NCBI RefSeq assembly: GCF_000002075.1
Contig: NW_004797289.1
Location: forward strand, 1,712,154-1,776,153
DNA: 64,000 nucleotides
Direction: 5' to 3'
Origin: Aplysia californica
Taxonomy: Eukaryota
Of this stretch, positions 27,101 through 41,184 are shown one piece after another. The first letter of the stretch is position 1, and every line of letters begins with the position of its first letter. The notes beneath the pieces were generated by a model, which was not told where the DNA came from, made no database searches, and was given only the letters and a program-made list of their open reading frames with translations. Both the position numbers and the translations under genes were made by a program.

Positions 27101-28783
27101 TTTAAAAGGCTAGAAAATAACCACCCTAATAGAATCCTTGTTGACAAGAGGAAACCTAATCAAAGACTAAAAAATACAAAATCTGTACTGGACACTGTTC
27201 TCAATCTCCAAGAAAAGCATCACCTTCCTGAAAGACGAGAACCTCTTGAAAGAGTTCCCTCAACTCTCCCACCACATCTCACCATAGCAAAGCCAGAAAT
27301 TAGGAAAACACTTTTGGACAAGAGCAATAAAAACACATATCCTGTAGCACTAAAACATTCTGCCCTTGAAACCATTGATTCCTATCCACCAACATGGATC
27401 CACTCATACACTGATGGATCTGCCTTTAAGGCAACAATCAACGCTGGATATGGGTCAGTGATCAACTTGCCCAGTGGGATAAAAAAAAGAAGTCTTTAAT
27501 TCCAGCGGGTCCTTCTGCTCCAATTTCATTGCCGAACAACAGGCTATCACCAACACAGCAAACTACATCAACTACTTGTTTGACACTAACCCACTTGCTA
27601 CCACAGACATCGTTATCTTTACAGACAGCCTTTCAACACTAGAGACACTTGAGAGTGAGACTGATGTGAACAAAGATATATTGCACTTGATTTGGAGTCT
27701 ACATAATTTGATAAGTAGGCACCACGTCAGAGTAGTCCTACAATGGATTTCTGCCCACACTGGGATACCGGGAAATGAAAGAGCTGATGCTCTGGCAAAG
27801 AAAGGAGCTAGCCTCCCTCAGCCTGAAATTCCTACGAATTACACCACCTGCTGCCAAATGATCAAGTCAAACCTCAAGGAAGAGTGGATGAATGATTGGG
27901 CCACAGGTACGACAGGTAGGAGGATGTATGGCCACATGAATAAACCACTGGTCAAAGATCCAATCAATGAGTTGAGGAGGGGAGATCAATCCATAATCTT
28001 CCAACTTAGAACACAACATGTACCCCTCAACCAACATCTCAACCGAATTGGAGTAAAGCAGTCTGCTGCACTATGTTACTACCCCTCAGAGACAGTGGAA
28101 CATCATCTGTTCTTCTGTTGAAAACTAACTGATTTAAGGGAATGTTTTCTTCCCAAGCTACCCCACACATCTAATTGCCTCTACTCCTCAAGACAACAAT
28201 TATAACAAACATGCAATTATTACCGAATGGCATCATGCAGAAGAGTTAACGCTCAGATGCCACTGGATCGCTAACAACAACAACATCCAGTAAAATTCAG
28301 CCAGCATGGCCACACACTCCACTACGTACTTCAAGCCGTGTGAGTGAGTGGATGAGTTAATAGTGAGTGAGTGAGTAAAAATTCTGACCTCATTCTCTCC
28401 TGGCAGTCTGTTTTGGGTACAGAGATGACCATGACTGCCCAACACCAGCTCTTTACAGGTGACAACATCCAAAGGCCGTGAGTCGGACTCCATCTTGTGT
28501 AGCTTCTGGTGGAACTCCCACATCTTGAGCAGGGCCTGAACATAAAGGTAGAGATTTAGACGCTGCTTTAAGCCCCTTTCAACATCATTTTATACAGTTT
28601 GATAAGAAACAGGGCTGTAAACACATCCAGAACATTAATAAAATAATGGTAATTTGGACTGAGGAAAAAGCAAGACTAACAGATACAAACAACAGTGGGA
28701 GAGTAAAAAATAAGGACCTACACCAGGACCATCCTTTGACTGGTCTGCTAAAAGCATCAACAGAAATTCAGTGTACACACATC

Positions 28784-28823
<40 letters not shown>

Positions 28824-31800
28824 TACATAGTGAGACCCTAGTTGCAGAAAAGAAAAAAAACTTTGTCAAACATAGAAATGTCAAACAATGCCAGAGCAAA
28901 ATACTTTAACTCAAGCTCACAATAAGGTATCCGTTTCAGTTTAGTAAGATTTTATGTGGTTTGGCATTGTGGAAAAGAACAAGTACTGTATACTCTTGCG
29001 TAAATTTGTTGACTTATTTCTATTTGCATGTCATGATTTAAACCATGTCCATGTATTCAAACTGGCCATTGTAAGACAAATTTTCAGAAAAGGACAAATA
29101 AAATGACATCTCCTCATCCCCCCCCCCCCCCCCCCCCCCCCTTCAAAACTGACCTGTCTGAACATTTCTGGGAAGTCATAGACGTAGGTGGTGCCCGAGG
29201 ACTGAGCCTGGTAGCGTTTGAGCTGCAGATGGTCCTTGGTCAAGTAAGGGGTGCTGATGAGCAGACCGTGCAGGGGACCTTGTTTCTCTCCGTACGCCTC
29301 AAACATTATCTGTGGTTGAAAAAAGCACACTCGAATACCAACACGCAGTAGACAAAACTTTTATTTTTGTGTTTATTAAATTCTAAAAATTTGAATAATA
29401 ATCAATGCAGGAGAAGAAAAAAGAACCCTTCAGGTTAAAATAAGATCAGTGGGCCATAAATAGGTACAAAAGGGTTGGGGAATCAAAGCATTTCATTTGA
29501 ATAGTAATTAAAGCGGGAGAGAAAAAGATAACTCTTCAGAGAGGGGGATCAAAGCATTTCATTTGAATAGTAATTAAAGCGGGAGAGAAAAAGATAACTC
29601 TTCAGAGAGGGGGATCAAAGCATTTCATTTGAATAGTAATTAAAGCGGGAGAGAAAAAGATAACTCTTCAGAGAGGGGGATCAAAGCATTTCATTTGAAT
29701 AGTAATTAAAACGGGAGAGAAAAAGATAACTCTTCAGAGAGGGGGATCAAAGCATTTCATTTGAATAGTAATTAAAGCGGGAGAGAAAAAGATAACTCTT
29801 CAGAGAGGGGGATCAAAGCATTTCATTTGAATAGTAATTAAAGCGGGAGAGAAAAAGATAACTCTTCAGAGTAAAAGAGACAAATAAGCCATAAAAAGGT
29901 ACATGAGGGGTGGGAAAGTTGGGGGCTGTCAGTAAAATCCCTGCAATTCATTAGAACAATAATTAAAGCAGGAGAAGAGAGAACCCTTTTGAGTAAAAGA
30001 GACAAATGAGCAATAAAAAGGTACACCCGGGGTGTTGTCAGTAGAATTATTGAATTTAATTTGCCACCTCATCTTGCCGATTGGCGATGTTTACTACCAA
30101 AGATGGTACAAGACAAGATGGGCCACTTCTCTCTTTGAGCCAATTAAAAAAGTGTCCTCAAAATTTGGTGGCGCCCTCTTCACAAAAGCGCACTCTTTGC
30201 GAACAGAGTTATCCTACTTGAGTTTTAAAAAATCAAAGTGAAACTAGCAAGTTTTGGGATAAATTTCGGAAGAACGCTTTTTAAAAATGGTTACGCTGAC
30301 AAAAAACCTCTTCCAGAGGAAATGGAGATGGTTTTCTTTGTTTAATTTGACTTTAGAATGAAGGGCGAGAGGTCATTAAAACAAAAAAATCCCTAAAACT
30401 CCGCACTAAACGTACCCGAACTGCTGATGAACAGCAGTCGATCTGCGCACGCAAGGAGGTGCTATTCCTATTCTTCTTCTGGAAAAACGAAAGAGAGCTT
30501 CAAAACAGACTGCAGCGCCATCTGAAGCAAAGAGCATACTTCCTGCGGACACTTTTTAGGCTGAGTGGCCCATCTTGTCTTGTACTATCTTTGTTACTAC
30601 CCAGTTTCTTTGGATTTTCCCCAAAATATGATTGCAAAGTGTTAAGGAAATCAGGAGTCCATGGAGAAACAAGAAAGGAGCATTCACCCATGATAGGGTA
30701 TTCTGGTCGAGACAGAACAAAGCAAACTGTCTCCAAACTGACAGCCAGTTTATATTCTTGGAAAATCACAAAAGAATGACAGCTATATGCTCATGATCTA
30801 GTAAAAAACAAATTTTGTGAGAATGATCGAGATAAAATGCTCACGAGAAAATCAGTGTCAAAGAAAGAAAAATTGCAATTCTCATAGAAAGAGAAATGAT
30901 TAATATGGAAATAATTGCAATACCCTCCCCCCTCATCTAAAGAAAAAATTATTGTGGCAACATGCATGTTGAGTTGCAGTTACAGAGAGCCAGAGCAAAC
31001 TAAATCCACAGATTTTCTAATGTTTTTTAAATTAAATTTTCCACATAGCTCCGCTTTGTAGGCTTCTTATTTTCTAATTTTGCATGGTCCTGATTTTCTC
31101 TTGAGCTTTTTATCCCCCCTGTATTTTTAGAAATTGGTACAAGTAAAGACCCCTCATGAGTATGTCATCGACATCCTTCCACTGTGACCTTCACCTTGGT
31201 CTACTATCCAAGGGGAAGGCCATGTGAAACCTGGAGAAGTTTCACAGAGAATGATGTACAGAAAAGTAGGAGGATGTGGAATAATGTCAAGAAGCTATCA
31301 CAAGGTAGGGTAAAGTGAACAATGTTTGTGAAGGTGGCCTATGCCCTGATCCAGGGTGNNNNNNNNNNNNNNNNNNNNNNNNNNNNNNNNNNNNNNNNNN
31401 NNNNNNNNNNNNNNNNNNNNNNNNNNNNNNNNNNNNNNNNNNNNNNNNNNNNNNNNNNNNNNNNNNNNNNNNNNNNNNNNNNNNNNNNNNNNNNNNNNNN
31501 NNNNNNNNNNNNNTTTCTAAAACAGAGAGCAGAAGGGACTGGGATGACTCACTTGTCCCGTCCTGGGGTCGGTGACCTCCCTGTACAAACTGATGTCCAG
31601 GTAGTATCCACTCTCGTTGGTGATGAACACTCGGATTGGGAAGCTGGCACCGCCGCCGAGCGTGTAGATTCTGGCGGTGGGGAGGAATAGATGACACATA
31701 GCGGAGTCGGCATTCGATTTCTTTGAGTAACGCAAAGTACATCATCAACACAAAAATGAACATCGAGTGCAGGGGGAAATGCAAGACTAACAGACAGAAA

Positions 31801-34800
31801 TAAAACAGTGACTGAAAAGAAGCAAGACCTACCAGCAGCACCCTCTAACTACCCAGAGAAGTCGTTTAAATGGTGAGTCAGTTAAAACAAATTCAAAAAA
31901 AATCAGGGTCACAATAACAAAAATGCTGCTGCACAGACTCAACTTAGAGAGTAGTTCCATTGTAATGAGACCACAGTGGGTGGAGAGCACCCTCGGACAA
32001 CCTTGTTTGTTCGTTTGTTTGTTTGAGTAAAGAGAAACACATCAACAAAATAGCAGTCATTTTGTGCAGGGAAAACAGCAAGAAGAAAGTCAGACAGAAA
32101 CAACAAAGGGAAAGAAAAGAAGTAGGACCCATCAATGGCGCTCTCCAACNNNNNNNNNNNNNNNNNNNNNNNNNNNNNNNNNNNNNNNNNNNNNNNNNNN
32201 NNNNNNNNNNNNNNNNNNNNNNNNNNNNNNNNNNNNNNNNNNNNNNNNNNNNNNNNNNNNNNNNNNNNNNNNNNNNNNNNNNNNNNNNNNNNNNNNNNNN
32301 NNNNNNNNNNNNNNNNNNNNNNNNNNNNNNNNNNNNNNNNNNNNNNNNNNNNNNNNNNNNNNNNNNNNNNNNNNNNNNNNNNNNNNNNNNNNNNNNNNNN
32401 NNNNNNNNNNNNNNNNNNNNNNNNNNNNNNNNNNNNNNNNNNNNNNNNNNNNNNNNNNNNNNNNNNNNNNNNNNNNNNNNNNNNNNNNNNNNNNNNNNNN
32501 NNNNNNNNNNNNNNNNNNNNNNNNNATAGAGAGAGACAGAGTGAGAGAGACAGACAGAGACAGAGACAGAGAGAGAGAAAGCGAGAGAGAAAGGCTGACT
32601 ACAGCGTAACACTAGGCCCTAGTCCAAAGGAACAACCAATATTCATAGAATACTAAACGACAGCAAGAAAACTGTGGCTCACCTGATAGTAAATTTGAGC
32701 TCAGCATTGAGAACTCTCAGTTTCCAGAGTCGTGAGCCGTAGCGCATGATCATACTACGCACTGTCTCTACCAGCTGGGGGGAATACAGGTGAGGATAGA
32801 GGTGATAAATACCAGTGAAGACACAGTTGCGTTTAGAGGTGAGAGATACAGGTGAAAAATACAGGTGACAGATGTGAGGGAAGAGGTGAGAAATACCAGT
32901 GAAGATACAGTTGAGCATGGAGTTGAGAGATGCAGGTGACAGTTTTCGCGACCCCAGTGCTTTCTTGTCGTATCCCCATTTTTAATAACAGTGAAAACAG
33001 TTCATATCAAAGAGTTTGCTTAAGAAGATGTCACATTTTCACTGTTTAAAAAAATGGAGATACGACAATAACGCACTGAGGTCGGGAGATGTGAGGGCAG
33101 AGGATAGAGGTGAGATATACAGGTCAAAAATACAAGTGACAAATGTGAGATTAGAGGTGAGAGACAGATGAAAAATACAGGCAACGATAGACATAAGGAC
33201 AGAGGTGAGAAACGCTGGTGAGAAATACAGTTGAAGATAGAGAGACAACGGAAACGTTTTAAAAACATAGTCAAACTATGAACAAGTACAGTGTGGATCC
33301 GACTGAGTAAGAAGCTGCGTCCCTGTAGACAAGTGCTTGCCAGAGTGGGTGGTATCACCCGCTGGTGGGCAATTTGGTAATTCTGGTGGGTGATGGGGAT
33401 CAACCCGGTGGTGAAAGGTGCTATTTTGTGCCCTGCATGGAAATGCAGGTGTGCAGTACAAAAATTAAAACCTCCTAACTAAAGGTGGCAAAACTGTTCT
33501 CTGGTCTACTATCCAAGGAGCGATCCCAAGGTAGGGGTTGACAAGCACTTAAGTTTTAAGAAGAGTTTTGCAGCACTTGCAACGCAAAAAGGTCATGTTA
33601 GACTGTAGACAATGAGGAAAACTGAACGTTTACCTTGCCCGGTTCCTGCAAGGTCAGCGTGGGTACAAAGTTGAGGAAGATGTGGTTGCAGTCTGTCTTT
33701 TTGGACTGTGGAAACACAAAGGAAAGCATGGGAAATGAGTTTGACAGTGGGTAAAACTGGGGGGTGTCAATCTCGTTTTGTTTCAGTTTGTGTATTAAAG
33801 TAGAGCAAATTGACATAATAATGGTCATTTAGTGCTGAGATAAAATAAGACAGACAGATAGAAACAACAGAGAGAAAGTTAAGAGGTAGGACCTACCAGT
33901 GGTGCCCTCCAACTACCCACTTTGTTTGAGTAAACAGAAGCAAACTGACATGAAAACAACCACTGAGTGAAAGGATCTTGGAAAAGGCGAGATAAACAGA
34001 CAGAAACAACGAAGGGGAGAACAATAAGTGGGACCCACCAGTGCCACACCCCCCCCCCCCTCCAACTACTAGCAAAATGAGGAGTGTGTCTATGGGTGTA
34101 CAAAACAGAAGCATTAAAATTGTAAGGCCAAGAGATTTATTCAGGAGTGGTACAGACCGTCTGAGAGAGGGTACTGGAAGAGAGCAAGTCAGAAGCCGGA
34201 GGAGAGTGAGAGAAGGCAGGAGGGGGGAGGAAGAGAAAGAGAAACAGATAGAGAGAGGGGGGGGGGTATCCTCTTTTCTAAGAAACGAAATCACTTGAAG
34301 ACACAAATGGACAAATACAAGACCGCCTACAGAAAAAGAGAGCTTAAAATGAAGCTACATTCATAGCAGGGATTATACACTGAAATCGGAAGATGAAGAA
34401 TTAGTACCCAGAAAACAACTGTCAGACAGAGGTGAAAAAAGATGTTTTTTGTTTTGCTGTTGTTTGTTTGTTGTTGTTTTCTTGTTTGTTTGTGGGGGGG
34501 GTTTTTTGGTTTGTTTGTTGTTGGGTTTTTTTGGTGTTTTTTTTTTGGGGGGGGGTGGGTAGGTACAACAAGTTTTAGTTTTAGTAAGAGTTTTATGGAA
34601 CTTGCAACACTAATAGAGGTCATGTGAGTGCCAAAGATTAGAGGCGTTACTATAGAGTAACACACAAATAAAAGGAGGAGGAGGAGGGATAAGGACGAAA
34701 GATGTTTGATCGGAAAGAAGGAGCAAACCACACCAGAGCACACACCAACCAGCCACAGGTATCACAAGAATGCCGAGCTCAAGAACAAGTAGCATCACAT

Positions 34801-37800
34801 CTACAGAAAGTTATTGTGAGTCTGGGACACAAACAACATTGTGAGTAGACATTTTCTCAACAAACTTATGCTTGACTGAGGTCAGGGCTCAGTTTTTAAA
34901 AAGTTTTAGTCAGAGTTTTATGGCATTTACAACACAACGAGATGAAATAAGTGCCGAAGATTAGAGCTGTTGCAACAGAGTAAAAAACACACACACACAA
35001 AAAAGGAGGAGAGCTCAGGACAATAGATCTTTGAAAGGAAAGAAGGAGCAAACCACACCAGAGAATTCGCTAACCACCCATGTCAGGGCGCAGAACAGAC
35101 TGTCAGCAAAGTGTGGACGCAAAAACCATCATCACAACACACCATGCACACTGTTCTTCTTAGTTTTTGTTTGTGATTATTATCCTACAGTAGGTGGAGA
35201 ATGCTGATAAGATCTGCTAGTGAATACTTTGTATAGTCATATTATGTTATTCACATAAACTAGTATGGCAAGACAAAAGAAAAAAACTCAAAAAACTATG
35301 AACATTCACCCCCTCTTTTCTTTAAAGCACAAAAACTACAGAGCAGCAAAATGTACTTTAAAACATACAAATTCAAAATAAATAATCCCTCTTTCTCTCT
35401 CTCAGAACCAAGATTTCATATCTGCAGGGCTACATACACGCGCAGTACATCAACTGAGGGCATGACTGGTTCCGAAAACAAAGAAATGCACTCAAAATAG
35501 CACAATAAGCTAATTGCAGGACGGAAAAATCTGAGTGGGAAAAAAACTGAGTGATAGAAAGAAAGGACAAAAAAGATGCGCACACCAACAACACCAGAAC
35601 AAATACCAATTTAGAAAAAAAAAAGCAATTCAAAAAGTCACAGTACGAGGTGCCATCAAAAACGTTTGTCGACCAGTCTAAATAAAGAAGAGTTCTTTCC
35701 CTCGCGCAAATCTATGTCTCCCTTCATATATACCAAAATTTCTTCTTTTCCTCATACAAATCTATATCTGTCCTATCTTCAGATGTACCACACATTCGAG
35801 AACTTTTTTATTTCACCCCAAACACACCAGCAAAAAAAATAGCAAAATGACAAGATCAAGAGTTTATATCATTATGTCTGCTAAAACAAAAGATAGAACT
35901 ATACGTTTACCCCTTAAACCTTCCATCCACTCCCCACCCCCCTTCCCAAGAAAATAAAAACCAAATCAAATCAAATCAAATTATAATTGTTTTTAAAAAA
36001 TCAAAGAATAGCAAAATCCAACAAGAAAGTACGCCACCACATCACCGAGAAGTGCTGAACGTGAAAAGTACAACAAAATGGGAAAATACAGTAGAACACG
36101 GCTTTAGCAGGACTTTTGGATCCAGATGAATAAACCTGCTTTTGGTGAGTTCCCCCCTGTAGGAATGCAAAGGAGAATAACTGAAAATTTTCTATATCTC
36201 CACATGATTACCCCCCTTCCATATTTAGAAAAATTGAGCTTTAGATTAGTTTTTCTTTTCTTGTCAACTTCGTTGATTATCTCGACCTTTAATTTGAGTG
36301 AGAATCATTTCCTATAGTCTTTGTTCATCATCATCAATGCCTTTCACCCCTGGCAGGGTACAGGCCACATACAAGCTCCTTCCATTTATTTCTATCCTGG
36401 GCCATCCTTCCCAGCTCCTTCCAAGTGAGCTTCATCTTTCTCATGTCCCTTTCCACACATCTCCTCCATGTCTTTCGTGGCCTACCCCTGCCTCGAGCTC
36501 CCTGTGGGTTCCATTGCAGCGACTGTCATGTGATGTTTCCGCTGGGCTTTCTGAAGGTGTGTCCCATCAAACGCCACTTTCTTAGTCCTATTTCTACTTC
36601 TATATCCTTTTGTCCTGTCCTTTCCCATAGCTCTTCATTTCTTATTCTATTCTGCCACTTAATTCTTAGGATACTCCTCATACATCTGTTGATGAAAGTC
36701 TGGACTTTATTCAGCAGTGTCTTTGTTGTCTTCCAAGTTTCACAGCCCTAGAGGAGCACAGACTTGACATTGGAATTAAAGAGTCGAATCTTGGTGTGCA
36801 GTGAGACGTTGCTTGCTTTCCAGACTTTTGACAATTGCTTGAATGCTGACCTCGCCTTTACAGTTCTTGCTTTTAGTCTTTGTTGGAAGCTATCTTTTCC
36901 TCAGTTTATTACTTGTGCTGTCTATTGTACTGGTAGGCCAACAGTAGACCTAGTGAAGTGGATGCGTGCGTATGCCTGAGCATCAACCATCACAATTCAA
37001 TAAATCAGGAATCACACACTACACAGACTTCTCTTCTTTTATTTTTTGGCCTACATTAGGCCTAGGGCTAGGGTCTATACGCTCTTATACAGTACTGAGT
37101 GTCTAGGCTATGGCACATCACTTTAAATTCTGAATTGGCTAACGCAACGCGTCTCTCCGCACAATCTCTTTCTGCCGCCTGACCCACCTCACGCTTTACT
37201 GGACTGGTCAATCACAACGCCGCACCGCTGACTGCCTGTTTGGAGCCCGCCTACAGCTCCCCCCCCCCAACTCTCCAGCTAGGGCTAGCCTATGGCACAT
37301 CACTTTGGAGTGGCTCACGTAACACGTCTCTCCGCACCATCCCTCTCTGTCGCCTGTCCCACCTCATTCATCATTGGACTGGCCAATCACAATGCTGCAC
37401 CGCTGACTGCCTGCCACCCCCCATACCCAACTCTCTAGCTAGAGCTCGCTCGATCTCTCCCGCTGTATCCGAGTTCAGAACTTTCCTTGCCCCGTTATAT
37501 CAAAGATAGTAAATAACAAGATGGGCCACTCAGCCAAAAAAGTGTCCGCAGGAAGTATGCTCTTTGCTTCAGATGGCGCTGCAGTCTGTTTTGAAGCTCT
37601 CTTTCCTTTTTCCAGAAGAAGAATAGGAATAGCACCTCCTTGCGTGCGCAGATCGACTGCTGTTCATCAGCAGTTCGGGTTCGTTCAGTACAGAGTTTTA
37701 GTTTTTAAAAATTTTAATGACCTCTAAAGTCAAATTAAACGAAGAAAACAATCACCCTTTCCTCCGGAAGAGGGTTTTTTGTCAGCGTAACCATTTTAAA

Positions 37801-40800
37801 AAAGCGTTCTTCCGAAATTCATTAAAAAACTTGCTAGTTTCACTTTGATTTTTTAAAGTAGGATAACTCTGTTTGCTAAAGGTGCGCTTTTGCAAAGAGG
37901 GCGCCACCGAATTTTGAGGACACTTTTTTAATTGGCTCAAAGAGAGAAGTGGCCCCTCTTGTTATGTAGACTCTTTGGTTATATCCAAGCATAAGTAATT
38001 GAGTTTACACAGGAAAAAAGGGGGATTCCGGTAAGGTCCTGCTGTAGCGGGTGCCGCTATAGTCATGTTCTACTGTATCAGCAGAATTCAACTAAAGTGA
38101 CAGTTCAGTAAGAGGACAATTGATAAACAATTCCGCGTGGAATTCTGACAAATATTGACACACACAAGAGATTCATCCAAACACTCTTTGCGTTTGTCAA
38201 ATCTGGATTTAAAAAAAGACTGACTCTTTGATATCTCTGAGCTTCTAACAGAGCTTACGAGACACAAAACAAGTGTTCAGTAAGACAAAACACACAGGTC
38301 CACACAGGCTCTAGGTATAATAGTGCGTCTGAGGGCACACAATCACCTGCACAGAGGGCTCAGAACTTGTACACACTTCACAACACTCAAGTGCTACCAC
38401 TCTCTGTAATACGCAAAGTTTTATCATTCTTATTGTACCAATAAAACATTTTTTCAACAAAGCGTTTTCGTCTCAAATCCCAAAGACGTCAGGACATATT
38501 GTTCCTGAACAAATGAAAAAATTTCTCAATGCATCTATATAGCATTGTAATTTGTATGTACAATGATAAAAACTACTGTTGTCCCAAGATATGGCTAACA
38601 GCCAGCACTAAATAAAAAGCCCCTTTGTGGTTTCGGGGGGGGGGGGGAGTGAAAAGGTGTTGATCTGACTAGTACATATTAGGAAGTTAACACACAATAT
38701 CTTTAGTAACCCTTTCATACACATGCTCAGGACAAAAGCAGCCACTACAGGACCAACCTTTGACCCCACTATGTTATTGCTACTAAACATAAAAAATCAG
38801 TCAATTCAGGAACGCCAGTTTCAGAACAATTTCTACCCAGCAGCAGAAACAGAGACACACTAGAACTGACAGGAACATGGCCAAGGTGCATGGTAAAATA
38901 TGCACAAGGTGGGAAATGAAACTCTGGGCAGTGGATCTTACCATGTCTATGTTGAAGGCAGAGGAGGACTGGAGATGGTAAAAATAGGGGGAAGGGGGGG
39001 TGGTGGGGTGGAGGGGTTACACTTAAGCCATCCGCATAACTCACACATAACTTGTCAGTGGATGGCAGTTCATTTCAACGCTACCAATAAACTCAACAAG
39101 CTCATACACCAGCAGTTATTTACATAAGAGACTACGACATCTTCTCTTTTAACATCCAGTAGACTTTGACCTAAAGTTGATGTAAATTAGCAAAACGTGT
39201 TTACAGGAAAAAAACAACCTGCCCACCTTGTGACTTACTGGAGCAGAGGAAAACAGGTCTAATTAAAACAAATTGTCTGCAGAAAATCTGTTTTATATGG
39301 TACTACATGTTTCTCAAGAAGCCTTCTTAAAAGGAAAGTATCCAAACTATACAGAAAAAAGACAAAATTAGCTAAGGCCTCAAGGAAACGTGAGTCATAG
39401 TGTTCAAATGGTGTCACTCGAAACAGGCAAGGAATTTGAGAAAAAAAAATTAAATCTTCAAAATGGAAGAAAACAGAACCCTGTCCTTTTAACCCAAACC
39501 ATTGTTCTTGTCTAAACAACATCACAGTTTGTCCCAAAAAGACCCCAACCAACCAACAGTTCTTTTAATGTTTCTCATGGTGCAGGAAAAAATGCCCAAA
39601 AAGTAGAGCATACAACAAGACGCAAAAATAGCCAAATGCTGTGTCTTGAGCTTTCTCATTTATTTCCATTTTTATGTCTTTACCTCTACGTTCCCACAGA
39701 ACAAAGAGCAAACATCGGACAAAGCTAATGGAACTGGAAAGGCAACGGGCAGTAACAAAGAGGAGTACCTTTACAACTTTGTTGTCACCACACACCTGTG
39801 GGGGGGTCATGGTGCACAGTGCAGAAAGTTAATTCCAACGCAACAGGAGAGCCGTAAATTCTTTCACATTTATATATTAGCCTTAAGGGAGCTTTAGACA
39901 ATAATGGAAGCTACAACACAATACTTTCACATGACATTAACAGTCACCCAAATAGGAAAAATATTTTTAAAAACACAACCCCCAGCTTCCCATAACGAAC
40001 ATTCCCACTTAGAGATCAGAAAGGTAACTATACTTGAACTACAAATACAGTAATCTGTTGATGAATATCAAAGATCGTATACCTCTTATAAAGGATCATT
40101 GCTAAAAATACTTTAGCAGAGGTTTCATTTGGCTAGACTTACTACAACAATAGCTCAAAATGAATATGTAAAATTCATTTAGAGACTTGGAATCTTTCAG
40201 AACATCAAAGACACAAACTAAAAATATTTCTTCTAACCTAGAGGCTTTTTCAATCCACCAAATTCATTTTGATCAACACAATAAGTATAACCTGCTGTCG
40301 GTTCTCTTCCTGACAAAATGCCACAATTATGAAAGGAAAGCCAACATGTATCCACTACATCCTCCCTTGCGTGCTGTGGGTGCTGACACAGACCATTAAC
40401 TGTATAACACTACATCCATACAGGAATCACATCAGAGAGGCAACAAACATACAAGACACACTTGCGGACACATATTTGAGAAACAACAAGAACATGACAG
40501 GTAACAAATTCTGCACAAAAGTCAAAAGTTTTGACTTCTCTTTTCTTTCCCTATGAGGTGACAATCTGCAAGAATTAGCTCTGAGGAAAAATAGCCCACT
40601 GGCTACTCAGTACACAGTGTCATTCTTCAGATAAACATGCAGTAAGCCTAAAGGTTTCTTATCTCTAAAACAGTGAGTTTGCGAAACATATTTTTACACA
40701 TCTCCACAACACATTTGAGAGCAAATATCTAAAAATTATGATACAAAGAACATCTACATATAACACGAATATTAAACTAAAAATAATAAATAAACATCAT

Positions 40801-41152
40801 CGTAGGCCTGAGAAAAAAACAGTTGCCCTGGTTATCTCTACAAAACAAGGTAAGCAAAACATTTAGAGCAAGACTCCTTTTTCTTGTGACAGCCACAATA
40901 AAATACAAAAGAGACATCTATAGCATAACACAGAAAACATATCCTGATCATTCAACTACACAAAACAGGTCACACAGCAAACTCAAAGGAGGTGACATAG
41001 AAAGAGTGTGTTACAGCACACGTGTAAGCTTCACAAAATAATGAGTGCGTTACTGCTCTCATCAAAGCAACACTCATTGACTCACTCACATATAAACTCT
41101 CTTTCTCTCGAACACAAACACACACACACACAAAAACACACAATCATCACAT

Positions 41153-41184
<32 letters not shown>

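Larger units (their letters stand above)
36089..38075. mobile_element. pogo/Tigger-like non-autonomous DNA transposon carrying nested insertions
   Basis: TIRs CAGTAGAACACGGCTTTAGC / GCTATAGTCATGTTCTACTG; TA flanks at 36087 and 38076. Confidence 0.75.

Noticed and set aside
29482-29871. Regular repeat array resembling CRISPR
   Set aside because: The units are identical head-to-tail with no unique spacers, in a eukaryotic intron; it is a minisatellite.
40083-40101. AG/GT-bounded micro-exon candidate (similar ones near 38760 and 39240)
   Set aside because: Not frame-preserving or contains an immediate stop; kept only as evidence that chance pseudo-exons occur.
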